DNA of 64,000 nucleotides from Melioribacteraceae bacterium (GTDB taxonomy: Bacteria > Bacteroidota > Ignavibacteria > Ignavibacteriales > Melioribacteraceae), in the NCBI GenBank assembly GCA_023230485.1, contig JALNXG010000007.1, positions 813 to 64,812 on the forward strand. The letters are read 5' to 3'. Within the stretch, counting starts at the first letter, position 1; every line of letters starts with the position of its first letter. Positions 10,797-21,558 of the stretch are shown here, one piece after another. The notes under the pieces were generated by a model. It was not told the DNA's origin, searched no databases, and saw only the letters and a list, made by a program, of their open reading frames with translations. Both the position numbers and the translations under genes were made by a program.

Positions 10797-11484
10797 TATT
10801 GAGCTGTTTTATTCGACTGAAATAGAGAAAAATATTATTACTCTTTCCGGGGATGAATTTCGTCATGCCATCCGGGTAATGAGACATAAGATTTCAGATA
10901 CTCTCTATATTACAGATGGTAAAGGAGATATTTTTGAGTCCTCTATTATTGAGATAGGGAAATCATTCCTCAAATCAAAAATTTCTGAAAGCAAAATGGT
11001 AGAATCACCTTTTAAAAATATTACCGTTTCTATTCCTAGATTAAAAAACCAAGACCGATTTGAATTTGCTATTGAAAAATCTATTGAACTCGGAATTACC
11101 AATTTCATAATCTTTGAATCAGAAAGAACCATTGCAAAGGGGAGCAAGATAGAAAGATGGGAGAAAATTGGTCTCGCAGCAATGAAACAAAATCTGGGAG
11201 CACATTTGCCTCGATTTCAATACTGTAATAAATTCTCTGACTTAATTAATAAAGATTGTGAATGTATAGTCTTCGATTTGCATGGCACAAAAAAATGGAG
11301 CACGTTTCTTCAAAATGATTTCCAATTAGATAAACGATACTTATTGGTATTTGGACCCGAAGGTGGATTGAGTGAGGATGAATTAAATTATATTAAAGAT
11401 GCTAATTATTACATTAATAGAAATAGGCTAAGATCAGAAACAGCAGTAATATCTGCCATTTCTCTAATGCAAATTCTACTATAA
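10732..11484 (+). CDS. rsmE: 16S rRNA (uracil1498-N3)-methyltransferase
   Basis: RsmE-like: a PUA-like N-terminus (GDEFRHAIRVMRHK) and a SPOUT C-terminus (VFGPEGGLSEDE...LRSETA). The annotated start overlaps the upstream gene by 65 nt, so the true start may be further downstream. Confidence 0.8.
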   Translation: MNMLSDKKIKENFQLIQEYLSDIELFYSTEIEKNIITLSGDEFRHAIRVMRHKISDTLYITDGKGDIFESSIIEIGKSFLKSKISESKMVESPFKNITVSIPRLKNQDRFEFAIEKSIELGITNFIIFESERTIAKGSKIERWEKIGLAAMKQNLGAHLPRFQYCNKFSDLINKDCECIVFDLHGTKKWSTFLQNDFQLDKRYLLVFGPEGGLSEDELNYIKDANYYINRNRLRSETAVISAISLMQILL

Positions 11485-12300
11485 ACCTTCGATTGTTGAT
11501 TTAACCAAATTTTCAAATGATTCTTTTGCAATTAATCCTGTCTCCATTACTTCTTTATGTGAAAGTTTTGTGTCTGATAATCCGGCAGCAAAATTTGTTA
11601 TACAGGAGATTGCTCCCACTTTAAGCCCAAGAAATGCTCCGAAAATCGCCTCATGTACTGTTGACATACCGATAGCATCACAACCGAATTTTTTGAACAT
11701 CTTGATTTCAGCTGGAGTTTCATAGGAAGGTCCTTTAGAAAACCAATAACTGCCTTCTTTTAATGTTACTTTACCATTCAATGCTCCCATTCTAATCTTA
11801 TTATTTATCACTTTAGATGGGAAATCCAAAAACATATTTCTTTGATCAACTGAACCAATTCCCAGAACCTCGGCAACTTCTTTATATAGACTCATATAAT
11901 TGAATGAATTTACTAACATTAAATCACCAGGCTTAAAATAGTCATTAACTCCACCGGCAGCATTTGTTAATAAGAGATTCTTACATCCAGATTTAACTAC
12001 AAGATAGATTGGTAACAAGCACTCAGATAATTGATATCCTTCATAAAAATGAATTCTACCCTGAAATAAAAGAACCTTTTTACCGCCGTAAAGACCGATT
12101 ATTATTTTTCCTTTATGTCCTTCGACAGTCGATGAAGGATAACCGGCTAATTCTTTTGTTTCAAATGAGTTAATTACTTCTAAATGAGAAGCAAATTCAC
12201 CTAATCCACTCCCAAGTACAATAGCAATATCGGGTGCGAAATCTATTCTCTCTAAAAATTGCTTAATCGTTTTTTCATACTTAAGTTCAAAATTAATCAT
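11479..12300 (-). CDS. punA: Purine nucleoside phosphorylase (PNP family 2 / PunA-type)
   Basis: 273 aa with FQGRIHFYEGY, NAAGG and GMSTVHE motifs. Last gene of the nucleoside-salvage block. Confidence 0.85.
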   Translation of the reverse strand: MINFELKYEKTIKQFLERIDFAPDIAIVLGSGLGEFASHLEVINSFETKELAGYPSSTVEGHKGKIIIGLYGGKKVLLFQGRIHFYEGYQLSECLLPIYLVVKSGCKNLLLTNAAGGVNDYFKPGDLMLVNSFNYMSLYKEVAEVLGIGSVDQRNMFLDFPSKVINNKIRMGALNGKVTLKEGSYWFSKGPSYETPAEIKMFKKFGCDAIGMSTVHEAIFGAFLGLKVGAISCITNFAAGLSDTKLSHKEVMETGLIAKESFENLVKSTIEGL

Positions 12301-13652
12301 GAGAAAAATGCTCCGGCTAATGTTGCTGTTAATAATGTTGCAAGCGTTCCGCCAAGTACTGCTTTTAATCCAAGTTGAGCAAAATCTGATCTTCTTTCGG
12401 GAGCAAGGGGAGATAATCCTCCGATCTGAATTGCAATCGAACTGAAATTAGCAAATCCGCATAAAGCATAAGTTGCCATAAAAATCGCTTTCTTATCAAT
12501 CAAAATATTATTTTGAATCTGATTACCCATATCTAAATATGCTACAAATTCATTTAATACGACTTTTGTACCCAAGAGGCTTCCGAACTGAAAACTTTCA
12601 TCCCATGGAACACCTATCATAAATGCTAAGTATTGGAGTATCAATCCAAAAAATAATTGAAGACTTAACGGCTGTCCAAAATGCGCAATTAAATATGAAT
12701 TAACTCCGATTACATTTCCAAATGCAGTAAAAGAATAATTAAGTAATGCAATAATCGCAATAAAAGCAATTAACATAGCCGCAACATTTAAAGCCAAGGT
12801 TAGTCCTTCGCTTGCTCCTTGCGCCGCAGCTTCTATCACGTTAGAACCGTTTTTCTCTACTTTTATCTTTACTGTCCCTTTTGTTACAGGTTCTTCTGTC
12901 TCAGGAATTAATATCTTAGATATTATTAAAGATGCAAAAGCAGCCATAACGCTTGCTACTAGTAGATGATTAGCAAAGATTAATTGTGCTTCAGCTAAAG
13001 GAATATTATGAGTTGTAGAATATGATTGACCAAGAATTTGAATATATGCCGCCATTACGCTTCCGGCAATTGTAGCCATGCCACCAACCATTATAGTCAG
13101 AATTTCGCTCTTTGTCATCTCCTTGATAAATGGTTTGATCATCAACGGTGCTTCAGTCTGTCCTATAAAAATATTAGCAGTATTTGATAAAGATTCTGCT
13201 CCGGATGTACCTAATAACTTTTGCATTACCCAAGCCATTCCTTGTACAATTCTCTGCATTACGCCAAGATAATATAGAACTGACATTAAACTTGCAAAGA
13301 AGATAATTATCGGGAGCACTTGGAAAGCGAAAAACATTCCTAGCGAACCTTCATTACCAGGACTTAGTGCGAGATTACCAAAAATAAACTTAGAACCTTC
13401 TGTCGTGAAATTTAATACTAATACGAAAAATCCACTAATAAAAGTAAAAAGAGCTTTTAGATATCCTAAAGGAGCGAAAAATTGTGATAATTCATCACCT
13501 TTAAGTATAAAGATTGCTAAAACTAACTGTATACCTAAACCTTTTGCCACCAACTTCCAATTAATTGCTTTTTTATTATTTGAAAAAAGAAATGCAATTG
13601 AAATAAGCACAACAAAACCTAAAATACCTCTTAGGATAGAAACAATATCCAT
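12297..13652 (-). CDS. nupC: NupC/CNT-family concentrative nucleoside transporter
   Basis: 451-aa polytopic membrane protein. Has a CNT-like C-terminal region (YALCGFANFSSIAIQIGG). Lies between tdk and punA. Confidence 0.85.
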   Translation of the reverse strand: MDIVSILRGILGFVVLISIAFLFSNNKKAINWKLVAKGLGIQLVLAIFILKGDELSQFFAPLGYLKALFTFISGFFVLVLNFTTEGSKFIFGNLALSPGNEGSLGMFFAFQVLPIIIFFASLMSVLYYLGVMQRIVQGMAWVMQKLLGTSGAESLSNTANIFIGQTEAPLMIKPFIKEMTKSEILTIMVGGMATIAGSVMAAYIQILGQSYSTTHNIPLAEAQLIFANHLLVASVMAAFASLIISKILIPETEEPVTKGTVKIKVEKNGSNVIEAAAQGASEGLTLALNVAAMLIAFIAIIALLNYSFTAFGNVIGVNSYLIAHFGQPLSLQLFFGLILQYLAFMIGVPWDESFQFGSLLGTKVVLNEFVAYLDMGNQIQNNILIDKKAIFMATYALCGFANFSSIAIQIGGLSPLAPERRSDFAQLGLKAVLGGTLATLLTATLAGAFFS

Positions 13653-13666
13653 AAATCTCCTTTAAA

Positions 13667-14236
13667 CTATGGAATATAATGACATTTTCTGCATCGTGCT
13701 TCGTAACTATCGGAAGCACCAACTAAAACCCTCTCTTGAGTTGCAGTTTTTCTTTGTGTTTTATCAGCCGGATTACCACAAGCAACACATATAGCCAGAG
13801 TTTTTGTAATAAATTCTGCTCTAGCTAATAATTGAGGTATCGGCTCAAATGGAATTCCTCTATAATCTTGATCTAATCCGGCAATTACTACTCTTTTACC
13901 AGAATTAGCCAATTCTTCCACCACATCGATTAAGGTATTATCGAAAAATTGCGCTTCGTCAATGCCAATAACATAAGCATCTTCTGATAAATGTATGATT
14001 TCTTCCGGCTTTTCTATCATCACAGAGGGGAGTGAAAGCTCACTATGAGATACTATACTAGTAGAGGAGTATCTTTTATCAATTGCCGGCTTAAAAATAA
14101 TTACATTTTGCTTCGCTATTTGGGCTCTTCGCAGGCGTCTTATTAATTCTTCTGTTTTTCCGCTAAACATACAGCCGGTTATAACTTCAATCCAACCTGT
14201 ATCTTTCGGTGTAAAGTGAGGTGAATAATTTATCAT
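13667..14236 (-). CDS. tdk: Thymidine kinase
   Basis: 189 aa. P-loop [20 protein letters not shown], and a C-terminal zinc ribbon (CVACG...CRKCH). Confidence 0.95.
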   Translation of the reverse strand: MINYSPHFTPKDTGWIEVITGCMFSGKTEELIRRLRRAQIAKQNVIIFKPAIDKRYSSTSIVSHSELSLPSVMIEKPEEIIHLSEDAYVIGIDEAQFFDNTLIDVVEELANSGKRVVIAGLDQDYRGIPFEPIPQLLARAEFITKTLAICVACGNPADKTQRKTATQERVLVGASDSYEARCRKCHYIP

Positions 14237-14628
14237 TTGTTTAAAAACTCCTCCCCAAATGAATGAGGTAATAATTCTGAAATTTTATAGACTTTAGGTG
14301 TTTCTTTATCTAACAGAATTACATCCAAATCCTTACCGCATAAATCTAGCAAAACCTGCCTGCACGCTCCACAGGGTGGACAGTATGCCGCTTGGTCGCT
14401 TGTAATAGCAATTGCCTTGAATTTGCGTTCACCCTGAATAAAAGCAGAAAAAAGTGCCGTCCTCTCTGCGCAAATTGTAAGACTATATGAAGAAGTCTCG
14501 ATATTAGCACCTTGGTAGATTTTCCCATCTTCGGTTAATAATGCGGCTCCTACATGAAAATTTGAATAGGGTGCATGTGATTTCTTGGTTGCCTCTTTTG
14601 CTTCATCCATTAATTCTTTTGGTGTCAT
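14233..14628 (-). CDS. cdd: Cytidine deaminase
   Basis: 131 aa with the zinc motifs CAERTAL and PCGACRQ. Confidence 0.93.
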   Translation of the reverse strand: MTPKELMDEAKEATKKSHAPYSNFHVGAALLTEDGKIYQGANIETSSYSLTICAERTALFSAFIQGERKFKAIAITSDQAAYCPPCGACRQVLLDLCGKDLDVILLDKETPKVYKISELLPHSFGEEFLNK

Positions 14629-14634
14629 AAAAGT

Positions 14635-16620
14635 TTATCCTAAAATTATTCCTTCATCATAAAATTTACTTTTTATTTCCGAGAGGAAACGGGATGGTTT
14701 AGAAAAATCACTTCCTCTATAACGTTCATAAATAAATTCGGGATACGAAATATATAAATTTTGTTTCGCTCTTGTTACTGCTACATATAATAATCTTCTC
14801 TCTTCTTCTAATAATTCCAGTTTTCTTTCCGATTGAGCTGAAGGGAATACTCCATCTAATACATGCATAATAAAAACTGTATGCCATTCTAACCCTTTAG
14901 CTGAATGAATGGTTGATAAAGTAAGAAATTCTCTATCTTCAGGGGGTGCTTCCATATCTACAACACTATTTTGAGGTGGATCAAGTGCTAAATCAGATAA
15001 AAAATCATCTAATGTCTTATATTGTTCAGAAACATTTAAAAATGTATCCAAATCTTTCTTTCGCTTTTTATGATCGTCAAATTTTTCTTCAAAATATGGC
15101 TCGTAGTATCTCATTACTAATTCGACTTTTTCTGCAGTTAAACTATTTTTTGTATGAAGGTGATGTAATAATTCAAAAAGTGGATACAAGCGATCATTCA
15201 TATATACTGCTTTTATCTTTTCTGGATGCGATTTTAGAGAAACTATACCGGTTGAAACTGAATCTATTATGACTTGTGCTTTCTTTGGTCCAACACCTTC
15301 ATGCAGTAGGAGCACGCGATACCAACTAACAAAATCCAATGGATTTGATGCTATGCGCAAGAATGCGATCACATCTTTTACATGTGCAGATTCTACGAAC
15401 TTCATTCCACCAAACTTTTGATAGTTTACACCGGCTTTATTAAGCTCTATTTCTAAATCGAACGTGGTATAAGATGAACGGAAAAGCACTGCGATATCGG
15501 AAAGGGGAATACCTTCTTCTCTTAATTCTAAAACTCTCTCGGTAATAAACTTAGATTGCAGATTTTCATCTTTTGCTTTAACTATTACCGGAAGTTCACC
15601 ACCTAACTTATTAGTAAACAATTCTTTAGGGTATTTCTCTACTGCATTTTCTAATAATTGATTTGCAAAATCAAGTATTGTCTGAGTGCTACGGTAATTC
15701 TCTTCTAAAGTAATTAATTTCACATCTTTATATAGATGAGGGAATTCTATTATGTTTTTAAAATCTGCTCCACGAAACGAATAGATAGATTGAGAGTCAT
15801 CACCCACTACCATTACATTTTCTCTTAATTTTGATAGTGCTTTAATAATATCTGATTGAAGTTTATTTGTATCTTGATATTCATCTACCATAATAAACTT
15901 TATAGATTCTATTAAAGATCGTGCTCCGGGTCCGTCCGCCTTTAAGAAATCACGTAGGAATACAAGTAAATCATCATAATCTAATAAGTGATTTTTCCTC
16001 TTATAGGAAATATATAGGTTTTCAATCTCTTTGATTTTATCGATATAGTTAAGATAATCGGGATAATCTGCCATTACGATCTCTTCAATCTCTTTCTCTG
16101 TATTGATCTTGAGACTGAGAATCTTAAAAATCGTTTGTTTTTGAGGGAATTTCTTCTTTAATTCCGCCAACTTTAATTGACCACGGATCAGATTTATTGC
16201 ATCCTCTGAATCACCTTGATCTAAAATTGTAAAATTATTATTTAGATTAAAGTAGGAGGCATATCTTCTTAGAGTAGTATTTGCGAATGAATGAAACGTA
16301 CCACCATTTACTTTTGAACATCGATTATCTAATAAGGCACTTGCACGGCTCATCATCTCTTTTGCGGCTTTTCGAGTAAATGTGAGTAAAAGAATCGATT
16401 TGGGGTCAAAACCTAATTCGACTAATCGTGCAACTCGATATACCAAAGTTCTCGTTTTACCGCTTCCTGCTCCTGCAATAACTAAAAAAACCCCTTCTAA
16501 CGCTGAAACTGCTTCATATTGAGCAGGATTAAGCGAATTTTCATAATCGATCTTAAAATTCGCTTCATTAACTGTTACGGGTAATGCATTCGTACGCGTG
16601 AGAGTAAAACTCTTGGTCAT
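14635..16620 (-). CDS. UvrD/PcrA/Rep-family ATP-dependent DNA helicase
   Basis: 661 aa. Walker A AGAGSGKT, motif II VDEYQDTN, and SIHSAKGLEW plus YVAVTRAK near the C-terminus. Confidence 0.9.
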   Translation of the reverse strand: MTKSFTLTRTNALPVTVNEANFKIDYENSLNPAQYEAVSALEGVFLVIAGAGSGKTRTLVYRVARLVELGFDPKSILLLTFTRKAAKEMMSRASALLDNRCSKVNGGTFHSFANTTLRRYASYFNLNNNFTILDQGDSEDAINLIRGQLKLAELKKKFPQKQTIFKILSLKINTEKEIEEIVMADYPDYLNYIDKIKEIENLYISYKRKNHLLDYDDLLVFLRDFLKADGPGARSLIESIKFIMVDEYQDTNKLQSDIIKALSKLRENVMVVGDDSQSIYSFRGADFKNIIEFPHLYKDVKLITLEENYRSTQTILDFANQLLENAVEKYPKELFTNKLGGELPVIVKAKDENLQSKFITERVLELREEGIPLSDIAVLFRSSYTTFDLEIELNKAGVNYQKFGGMKFVESAHVKDVIAFLRIASNPLDFVSWYRVLLLHEGVGPKKAQVIIDSVSTGIVSLKSHPEKIKAVYMNDRLYPLFELLHHLHTKNSLTAEKVELVMRYYEPYFEEKFDDHKKRKKDLDTFLNVSEQYKTLDDFLSDLALDPPQNSVVDMEAPPEDREFLTLSTIHSAKGLEWHTVFIMHVLDGVFPSAQSERKLELLEEERRLLYVAVTRAKQNLYISYPEFIYERYRGSDFSKPSRFLSEIKSKFYDEGIILG

Positions 16621-17264
16621 CTTCTACGAAGTGCTTTAGGTTTATTTAATATTTCAGTAATAACAATCATATCTTTCAAAGAAATATTATTATCAAGTTT
16701 AGCTCTAATTGCCATTACTTTATCATTTTTAGCAGTACTAAAGTGCTCTACTTTTGAGGCAATATTGTTACCTGCATTTCTAAAAATATCAGTTCTTGAT
16801 GCATTTGAATACTTTGATTTTGCATTAGTATAACTCTCTAAAGATGGTCTTAAATCATAATCTGCAATCTTTTTCTTTTGTTCCTCTATTTTAGTAGAAA
16901 CTTTAAATTCAGATTCTGGGTCCCAAGTGCTTTGATCATTGTATTGATTCGGATCTTTGTAACTATTCCAATCATCAGTTTTGGGAATTTTTACACCAAA
17001 CATCTCTTCGAGAATATCCTTATTGAATTTTTGAGGTGCTTTGTAAGATACGGGAGCAGATTCTCTTGCTCCCGTATTTATTAATCTATCATCTTCAGAC
17101 TGAATTCTATAATCTTCTTGTTCATAGATTCTATCATCCAATCCTTGATTAGCTCTACTTCTTGCTTCTTTCTCTTTCTTCTTTTTGGCTTTATCACCAA
17201 AAAGTCCGCTAAGTATACTTACAATAAAGAAAAATGCAATTATATATTCGATTATATTATCCAT
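16617..17264 (-). CDS. Hypothetical membrane-anchored protein (one N-terminal TM, charged low-complexity body)
   Basis: 215 aa. The start overlaps the floA stop and the stop overlaps the helicase start. TM segment is YIIAFFFIVSILSGLF. I recognise no family. Confidence 0.5.
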   Translation of the reverse strand: MDNIIEYIIAFFFIVSILSGLFGDKAKKKKEKEARSRANQGLDDRIYEQEDYRIQSEDDRLINTGARESAPVSYKAPQKFNKDILEEMFGVKIPKTDDWNSYKDPNQYNDQSTWDPESEFKVSTKIEEQKKKIADYDLRPSLESYTNAKSKYSNASRTDIFRNAGNNIASKVEHFSTAKNDKVMAIRAKLDNNISLKDMIVITEILNKPKALRRR

Positions 17265-18247
17265 TATTCTTTTTTGTCAGTTGGTGGTTTTGCTATCGAA
17301 TTTCTCATATCCGTATCTGCTTGAACGTTGCGAAGATTATAATAATCCATTACACCAAGATTTCCGTTTCTGAATGCTTCAGCGATTGAGCGAGGTATTT
17401 CGGCTTCTGCTTCTACTACTTTTGCTTTCATACGTGAAACTTCTGCTGTCATTTCCTGTTCTAAAGCCACAGCCGCAGCTCTTCTTTCTTCTGCTTTTGC
17501 TCTTGCTACTTTCAAATCTGCTTCTGCTTGATCAGTCTGTAAAATAGCACCGATGTTTGTTCCTACATCTACGTCTGCAATATCAATCGATAGAATTTCA
17601 AATGCCGTTCCTGCATCTAACCCTTTTGCAAGTACAACTTTTGAGATGCTATCCGGATTTTCAAGTACTTCTTTATGTGATTTGCTTGAACCGATTGTAG
17701 AAACGATACCTTCACCGACTCTTGCTAAAATTGTAGCTTCAGTTGCACCACCGACTAATCTCTCTAAGTTAGCTCTAACTGTAATACGTGCTATTGCTTT
17801 TAATTGGATACCATCCTTTGCCACAGCAGCTACCATTGGTGTTTCAATAACCTTTGGAAGTACCGACATTTTAACTGCTTCGAGAACATCTCTACCTGCT
17901 AAATCGATTGCAGCAGCCTTTTCAAATCCTAAATCCAAATTTGCTTTATTTGCAGAAATTAATGCATTTATAACTTTTGTAGGGTTACCACCTGCAAGAT
18001 AATGAGCTTCTAATAATGAAAGATCAACTTCAATTCCTGCTTTTGTTGCTGTTATTAAATTCCTTACAATTACTTGTGGTGAAACTTTTCTAAGACGCAT
18101 ACCAACTAAATCGCGGAATATTTTTACTTTGACACCTGAAAAATATGCTGTTACAAATAATCCGATCGGTACGAAATATAGAAAGAATGATAGTACAACT
18201 ATTGTTGCAAATATGATTAATAAGGATAATCCGGTTTGAACTTCCAT
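17264..18247 (-). CDS. floA: Flotillin-like protein FloA (SPFH/UPF0365 family)
   Basis: 327 aa. Long near-identical stretches to what I recall of Bacillus FloA/YqfA ([53 protein letters not shown]). Confidence 0.9.
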   Translation of the reverse strand: MEVQTGLSLLIIFATIVVLSFFLYFVPIGLFVTAYFSGVKVKIFRDLVGMRLRKVSPQVIVRNLITATKAGIEVDLSLLEAHYLAGGNPTKVINALISANKANLDLGFEKAAAIDLAGRDVLEAVKMSVLPKVIETPMVAAVAKDGIQLKAIARITVRANLERLVGGATEATILARVGEGIVSTIGSSKSHKEVLENPDSISKVVLAKGLDAGTAFEILSIDIADVDVGTNIGAILQTDQAEADLKVARAKAEERRAAAVALEQEMTAEVSRMKAKVVEAEAEIPRSIAEAFRNGNLGVMDYYNLRNVQADTDMRNSIAKPPTDKKE

Positions 18248-18443
18248 TTATTGCTCCTTTTTTGACTTACTTTTTATTATATAAAGTTATTAATAAATAT
18301 GTCATAAAACAAGAATTATAAATTCGGGTTATATCTAAATTTTGCCTATTTTAGTACCTTGATTACAGAAATATGGTTATTTATATTTTGGAAACATTTT
18401 AGATGGATTTTATGTTAAATCCAAAAAACAAGAAGGTGAATTT

Positions 18444-20963
18444 ATGGATGGTAATTTTTCAGAACGTGTTCAAGAAGTAATTAGACTTAGCAGAGAAGAA
18501 GCTTTAAGAATGGGACACGATTATATTGGGACAGAACATCTTTTACTCGGAATTATTCGTGAAGGTCAAGGTGTAGCTGTTAAAATTATTAGAAATCTCG
18601 AAGTTGATTTGATAAAACTTAAAAAAGCAATTGAAGATACAGTCAGAACTGCTGGCGGCACTCTTACTATCGGAAATATTCCGCTTACTAAACAAGCTGA
18701 AAAAGTTCTAAAGATAACTCAGATTGAATCAAAAATTTATAAATCAGATCTTATAGGTACCGAACATATTCTTCTATCACTATTAAGAGACGAAGATAAT
18801 ATTGCTACTCAAATTCTACATCAGTTTAACCTGACTTATGATGCAGCACGTGCAGAATTAAATAATATTCTAAGTGCAAGAGCCGGTCTTGGTGATAAAG
18901 GGGCTCAACAGATGCAATTTGGTCAGGTTGGTAAAAAAATTGAGAAAACTAAAACTCCGGTGTTAGATAATTTTGGTAGAGACCTAACGAAATTAGCTAT
19001 TGAAGATAAACTTGATCCAGTGGTCGGCAGAGAGAAAGAGATCGAAAGAGTGGCTCAAGTTCTATCACGCCGGAAAAAGAATAATCCTGTTTTAATTGGT
19101 GAACCAGGCGTAGGTAAAACTGCTATTGCTGAAGGATTGGCTCTCAGAATTATTCAACGTAAAGTCCCGCGCATTCTTCAGGATAAAAGAGTTGTTACTC
19201 TAGACCTCGCAGGATTAGTTGCAGGTACTAAATATCGCGGTCAGTTTGAAGAGAGAATGAAAGCTCTTATGACTGAATTAGAAAAAGCAGATGATGTGAT
19301 TTTATTTATCGATGAGCTTCATACAATAGTAGGTGCAGGCGGAGCATCAGGTTCCTTAGATGCTTCTAATATGTTCAAACCGGCTCTTGCACGCGGCGAT
19401 ATACAGTGTATTGGTGCTACAACACTTGATGAATATCGTAAGTTTATTGAAACCGATGGAGCTTTGGATAGAAGATTTCAAAAAGTAATGATTGATCCAC
19501 CATCAATTGAAGAAACTATTCAGATTCTCAAAAACATCAAATTCAAATATGAAGAACATCATCACGTTAGATACACTGATGAAGCGATCGTAAATTCTGT
19601 AAAATTGAGTGTGAGATATATTACCGATCGGTACTTGCCCGATAAAGCTATTGATGTTATTGACGAAGCTGGTTCCAGAGTTCATATGGGTAACTTTACA
19701 GTTTCTGAAGAAATTCTAAAACTTGAAGAAGAAATCGAGGAAGTTAAACAACAGAAAGTAATGGTTGTAAAAAAACAAGATTATGAAGAAGCCGCTCGCC
19801 TTAGAGATAGAGAACGCACTCTTCAATCTGATCTTGAAATTGCTAAACGTGAATGGGATACTAAAACTAAAGATCTAATATTCGATGTTACTGAGGAAGA
19901 TATTGCAACTGTTGTGGCAATGATGACAGGTATTCCTGTTACTCGTGTCGTACAAGCTGAATCAGAAAAATTAATGAAAATGGAATCTGCTCTTAAAGAA
20001 AGAATTGTGGGACAAGATGATGCAGTTACAAAATTAAGTAAAGCAATTCGAAGAACTAGAGCCGGATTGAAAAGATCAAATAAACCAATTGGTACTTTTA
20101 TATTTTTAGGTCCGACAGGTGTTGGTAAGACAGAATTGACTAAAGAATTGGCAAGATATTTATTCGATTCTGAGGATGCATTAATTAGAATTGATATGAG
20201 TGAATATATGGAAAAATTTGCCGTATCAAGATTGGTAGGTGCCCCTCCCGGATATGTAGGATATGAAGAGGGTGGACAGCTCACAGAACGAGTACGCCGT
20301 AAACCATATTCGGTAGTTTTATTCGATGAAATCGAAAAAGCACATCCTGACGTGTTTAATATTTTGCTTCAAGTTCTGGATGATGGTACTCTTACAGATA
20401 GTCTTGGCAGGAAAGTAGATTTTAAGAATACAATTATTATTATGACTTCTAATGTCGGTACAAAAGATATTAGAATCGGCGGCGGATTTGGATTTGGTAA
20501 AGGAACTGATGCTGATGAATATTCACAGCTAAAAAATACAGTAGAAGATGCAATGAAACGTCTCTTCAATCCTGAATTTATTAATAGAATTGATGATACT
20601 ATTGTTTTCAGATCGTTGGATAAAGAAGATATAAAGAAAATTGTGTTTATTGAGATGAAAGATTTAATTAATAATCTCGCCGAAAATAAGATGACTATCG
20701 AATTAACCAAAGGAGCAATTGAATTTTTGGCTGATAAAGGTTTTGATCCTAAGTTTGGTGCTAGACCACTCAAGAGAGCAATCCAAAAATATATCGAAGA
20801 CCCATTAGCAGAAGAATTATTACTATCAAATTTTAAAGATGGTGAAAAGATAATAGTGAAGCATAAAAAGAAAACGGAAGAATTATACTTCATCTCCGGT
20901 AAAGCAATTGATACAGAAGAATCAGAAGAAAAAACTGAAGAAGAAACTAAAGAAAATAATTAG
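18444..20963 (+). CDS. clpC: ATP-dependent Clp protease ATP-binding subunit ClpC
   Basis: 839 aa. Two Clp_N repeats, two AAA modules ([10 protein letters not shown] and [10 protein letters not shown]), and a UVR-like linker ([13 protein letters not shown]). Confidence 0.92.
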   Translation: MDGNFSERVQEVIRLSREEALRMGHDYIGTEHLLLGIIREGQGVAVKIIRNLEVDLIKLKKAIEDTVRTAGGTLTIGNIPLTKQAEKVLKITQIESKIYKSDLIGTEHILLSLLRDEDNIATQILHQFNLTYDAARAELNNILSARAGLGDKGAQQMQFGQVGKKIEKTKTPVLDNFGRDLTKLAIEDKLDPVVGREKEIERVAQVLSRRKKNNPVLIGEPGVGKTAIAEGLALRIIQRKVPRILQDKRVVTLDLAGLVAGTKYRGQFEERMKALMTELEKADDVILFIDELHTIVGAGGASGSLDASNMFKPALARGDIQCIGATTLDEYRKFIETDGALDRRFQKVMIDPPSIEETIQILKNIKFKYEEHHHVRYTDEAIVNSVKLSVRYITDRYLPDKAIDVIDEAGSRVHMGNFTVSEEILKLEEEIEEVKQQKVMVVKKQDYEEAARLRDRERTLQSDLEIAKREWDTKTKDLIFDVTEEDIATVVAMMTGIPVTRVVQAESEKLMKMESALKERIVGQDDAVTKLSKAIRRTRAGLKRSNKPIGTFIFLGPTGVGKTELTKELARYLFDSEDALIRIDMSEYMEKFAVSRLVGAPPGYVGYEEGGQLTERVRRKPYSVVLFDEIEKAHPDVFNILLQVLDDGTLTDSLGRKVDFKNTIIIMTSNVGTKDIRIGGGFGFGKGTDADEYSQLKNTVEDAMKRLFNPEFINRIDDTIVFRSLDKEDIKKIVFIEMKDLINNLAENKMTIELTKGAIEFLADKGFDPKFGARPLKRAIQKYIEDPLAEELLLSNFKDGEKIIVKHKKKTEELYFISGKAIDTEESEEKTEEETKENN

Positions 20964-20971
20964 GAATAAAG

Positions 20972-21550
20972 ATGATTTCTAAAGATGAAGTATTAAACAT
21001 TTTTTTGAATACAAATGCCCTTTTGACAGGGCATTTTTTATTAACTTCTGGAAGACATAGTGATAAATATTTCCAATGCGCTCTTGTACTTCAACATCCT
21101 GAGTATAATATTTTACTCGCAGAACAGATTGTCAATCAAATAAGTGAATTAGAAATTGATACAGTCATTTCTCCTGCAATTGGTGGTATATGTGTAGGAC
21201 AGGAAGTGGCACGCCAATTGAATAAAAAATTTATTTTCGCCGAACGTGAAAATGGAAAGATGTCTCTTAGACGTGGTTTCAAAATCGATGAGGGTGAAAA
21301 ACTTTTTGTGTGCGAAGATGTAGTTACTACCGGCGGATCTGTTTTTGAAGTTATGGAATTGATAAAAGAAAATAATGCTATCACTACCGGTGTGGGGATT
21401 ATAGTCGATAGAAGTAATAAAAAAGCTAATTTCGGTGTACCTCAATTTAGTACGCTCGAATTAGACGTTATTTCATATCCGCCAGAAGATTGTCCATTTT
21501 GTAAAGAAAATATTCCGTTTGTAAAACCCGGTTCCCGTAAATTAAAATAG
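20972..21550 (+). CDS. pyrE: Orotate phosphoribosyltransferase
   Basis: 192 aa with the PRPP-binding motif LFVCEDVVTTGGS. Confidence 0.88.
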   Translation: MISKDEVLNIFLNTNALLTGHFLLTSGRHSDKYFQCALVLQHPEYNILLAEQIVNQISELEIDTVISPAIGGICVGQEVARQLNKKFIFAERENGKMSLRRGFKIDEGEKLFVCEDVVTTGGSVFEVMELIKENNAITTGVGIIVDRSNKKANFGVPQFSTLELDVISYPPEDCPFCKENIPFVKPGSRKLK

Positions 21551-21558
21551 AGATAAAA

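Noticed and set aside
17553-18002. 149-aa plus-strand ORF opposite floA
   Set aside because: It sits opposite a near-perfectly conserved FloA frame, and its Ser/Ala/Thr-rich translation has no domain signature.
19823-20893. Long antisense ORFs (153 aa and 174 aa) inside clpC
   Set aside because: They lie fully inside a strongly conserved ClpC coding frame. They have low-complexity Ser/Ile/Asn-rich translations and no recognisable motifs. These are typical shadow ORFs of an AT-rich gene.
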